A stretch of 62,347 nt of DNA, counting the filler. It is 12 parts of 12 records of this genome, joined end to end, with 100 filler letters (N's around TTAATTAATTAA, not from the genome) between each part and the next. Parts side by side here need not be neighbours in the genome. Positions count along the whole stretch, not along the records: positions 57,445 to 62,347 come from SRR15195285_5252; 11 more parts are not named here. The stretch is one strand, 5' to 3'. Position numbers and translations under genes: made by a program. Every line of letters starts with the position of its first letter. Positions within the stretch are counted from its first letter, which is position 1. The notes beneath the pieces are model-generated. The model was not told the origin of the DNA. It ran no database searches and saw only the letters and a list, made by a program, of their open reading frames with translations. Positions 62,278 through 62,347 of the stretch are shown in pieces.

Positions 62278-62347
62278 GTGCGTGACCATCCTTCGCCCTG
62301 CCAAGCTCCGTTTGCCCCATTTGTCGCTGCTGGCACACAGGCTCAGC

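Overview
This is eukaryotic DNA, not prokaryotic. It is GC-rich and gene-dense, with short GT-AG spliceosomal introns that often have GTGCG donors, which fits a unicellular protist; the lineage cannot be fixed from this sequence. The window is an artificial concatenation of 12 unrelated contigs joined by 11 identical 100-nt linkers (44 N + TTAATTAATTAA + 44 N), so adjacency across linkers has no biological meaning. Recognisable genes are an anoctamin, a PLAC8-fusion membrane protein, a METTL21-like methyltransferase, pirin, dihydroxy-acid dehydratase, a GH20 hexosaminidase, a GH43-like hydrolase, a cNMP/EF-hand protein, phosphatidylserine decarboxylase, a glutathione peroxidase, a beta-helix protein, an MFS transporter and several coiled-coil proteins; there is also a non-LTR retrotransposon relic. 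The most unusual items are: (1) a TFIIB paralog with a RING finger inserted in cyclin repeat 1, plus a WW domain and a TFIIF-beta-like winged helix; (2) a signal-peptide selenocysteine GPx ending in KQDL, whose SECIS has a greatly extended apical arm; (3) an NLR-like SH3-TPR-NACHT-HEAT-PDZ protein; and (4) a SAM-PB1-PPR-coiled coil-SH3-GYF protein. All domain calls are motif recognition by eye, and splice models were chosen because they restore the reading frame.
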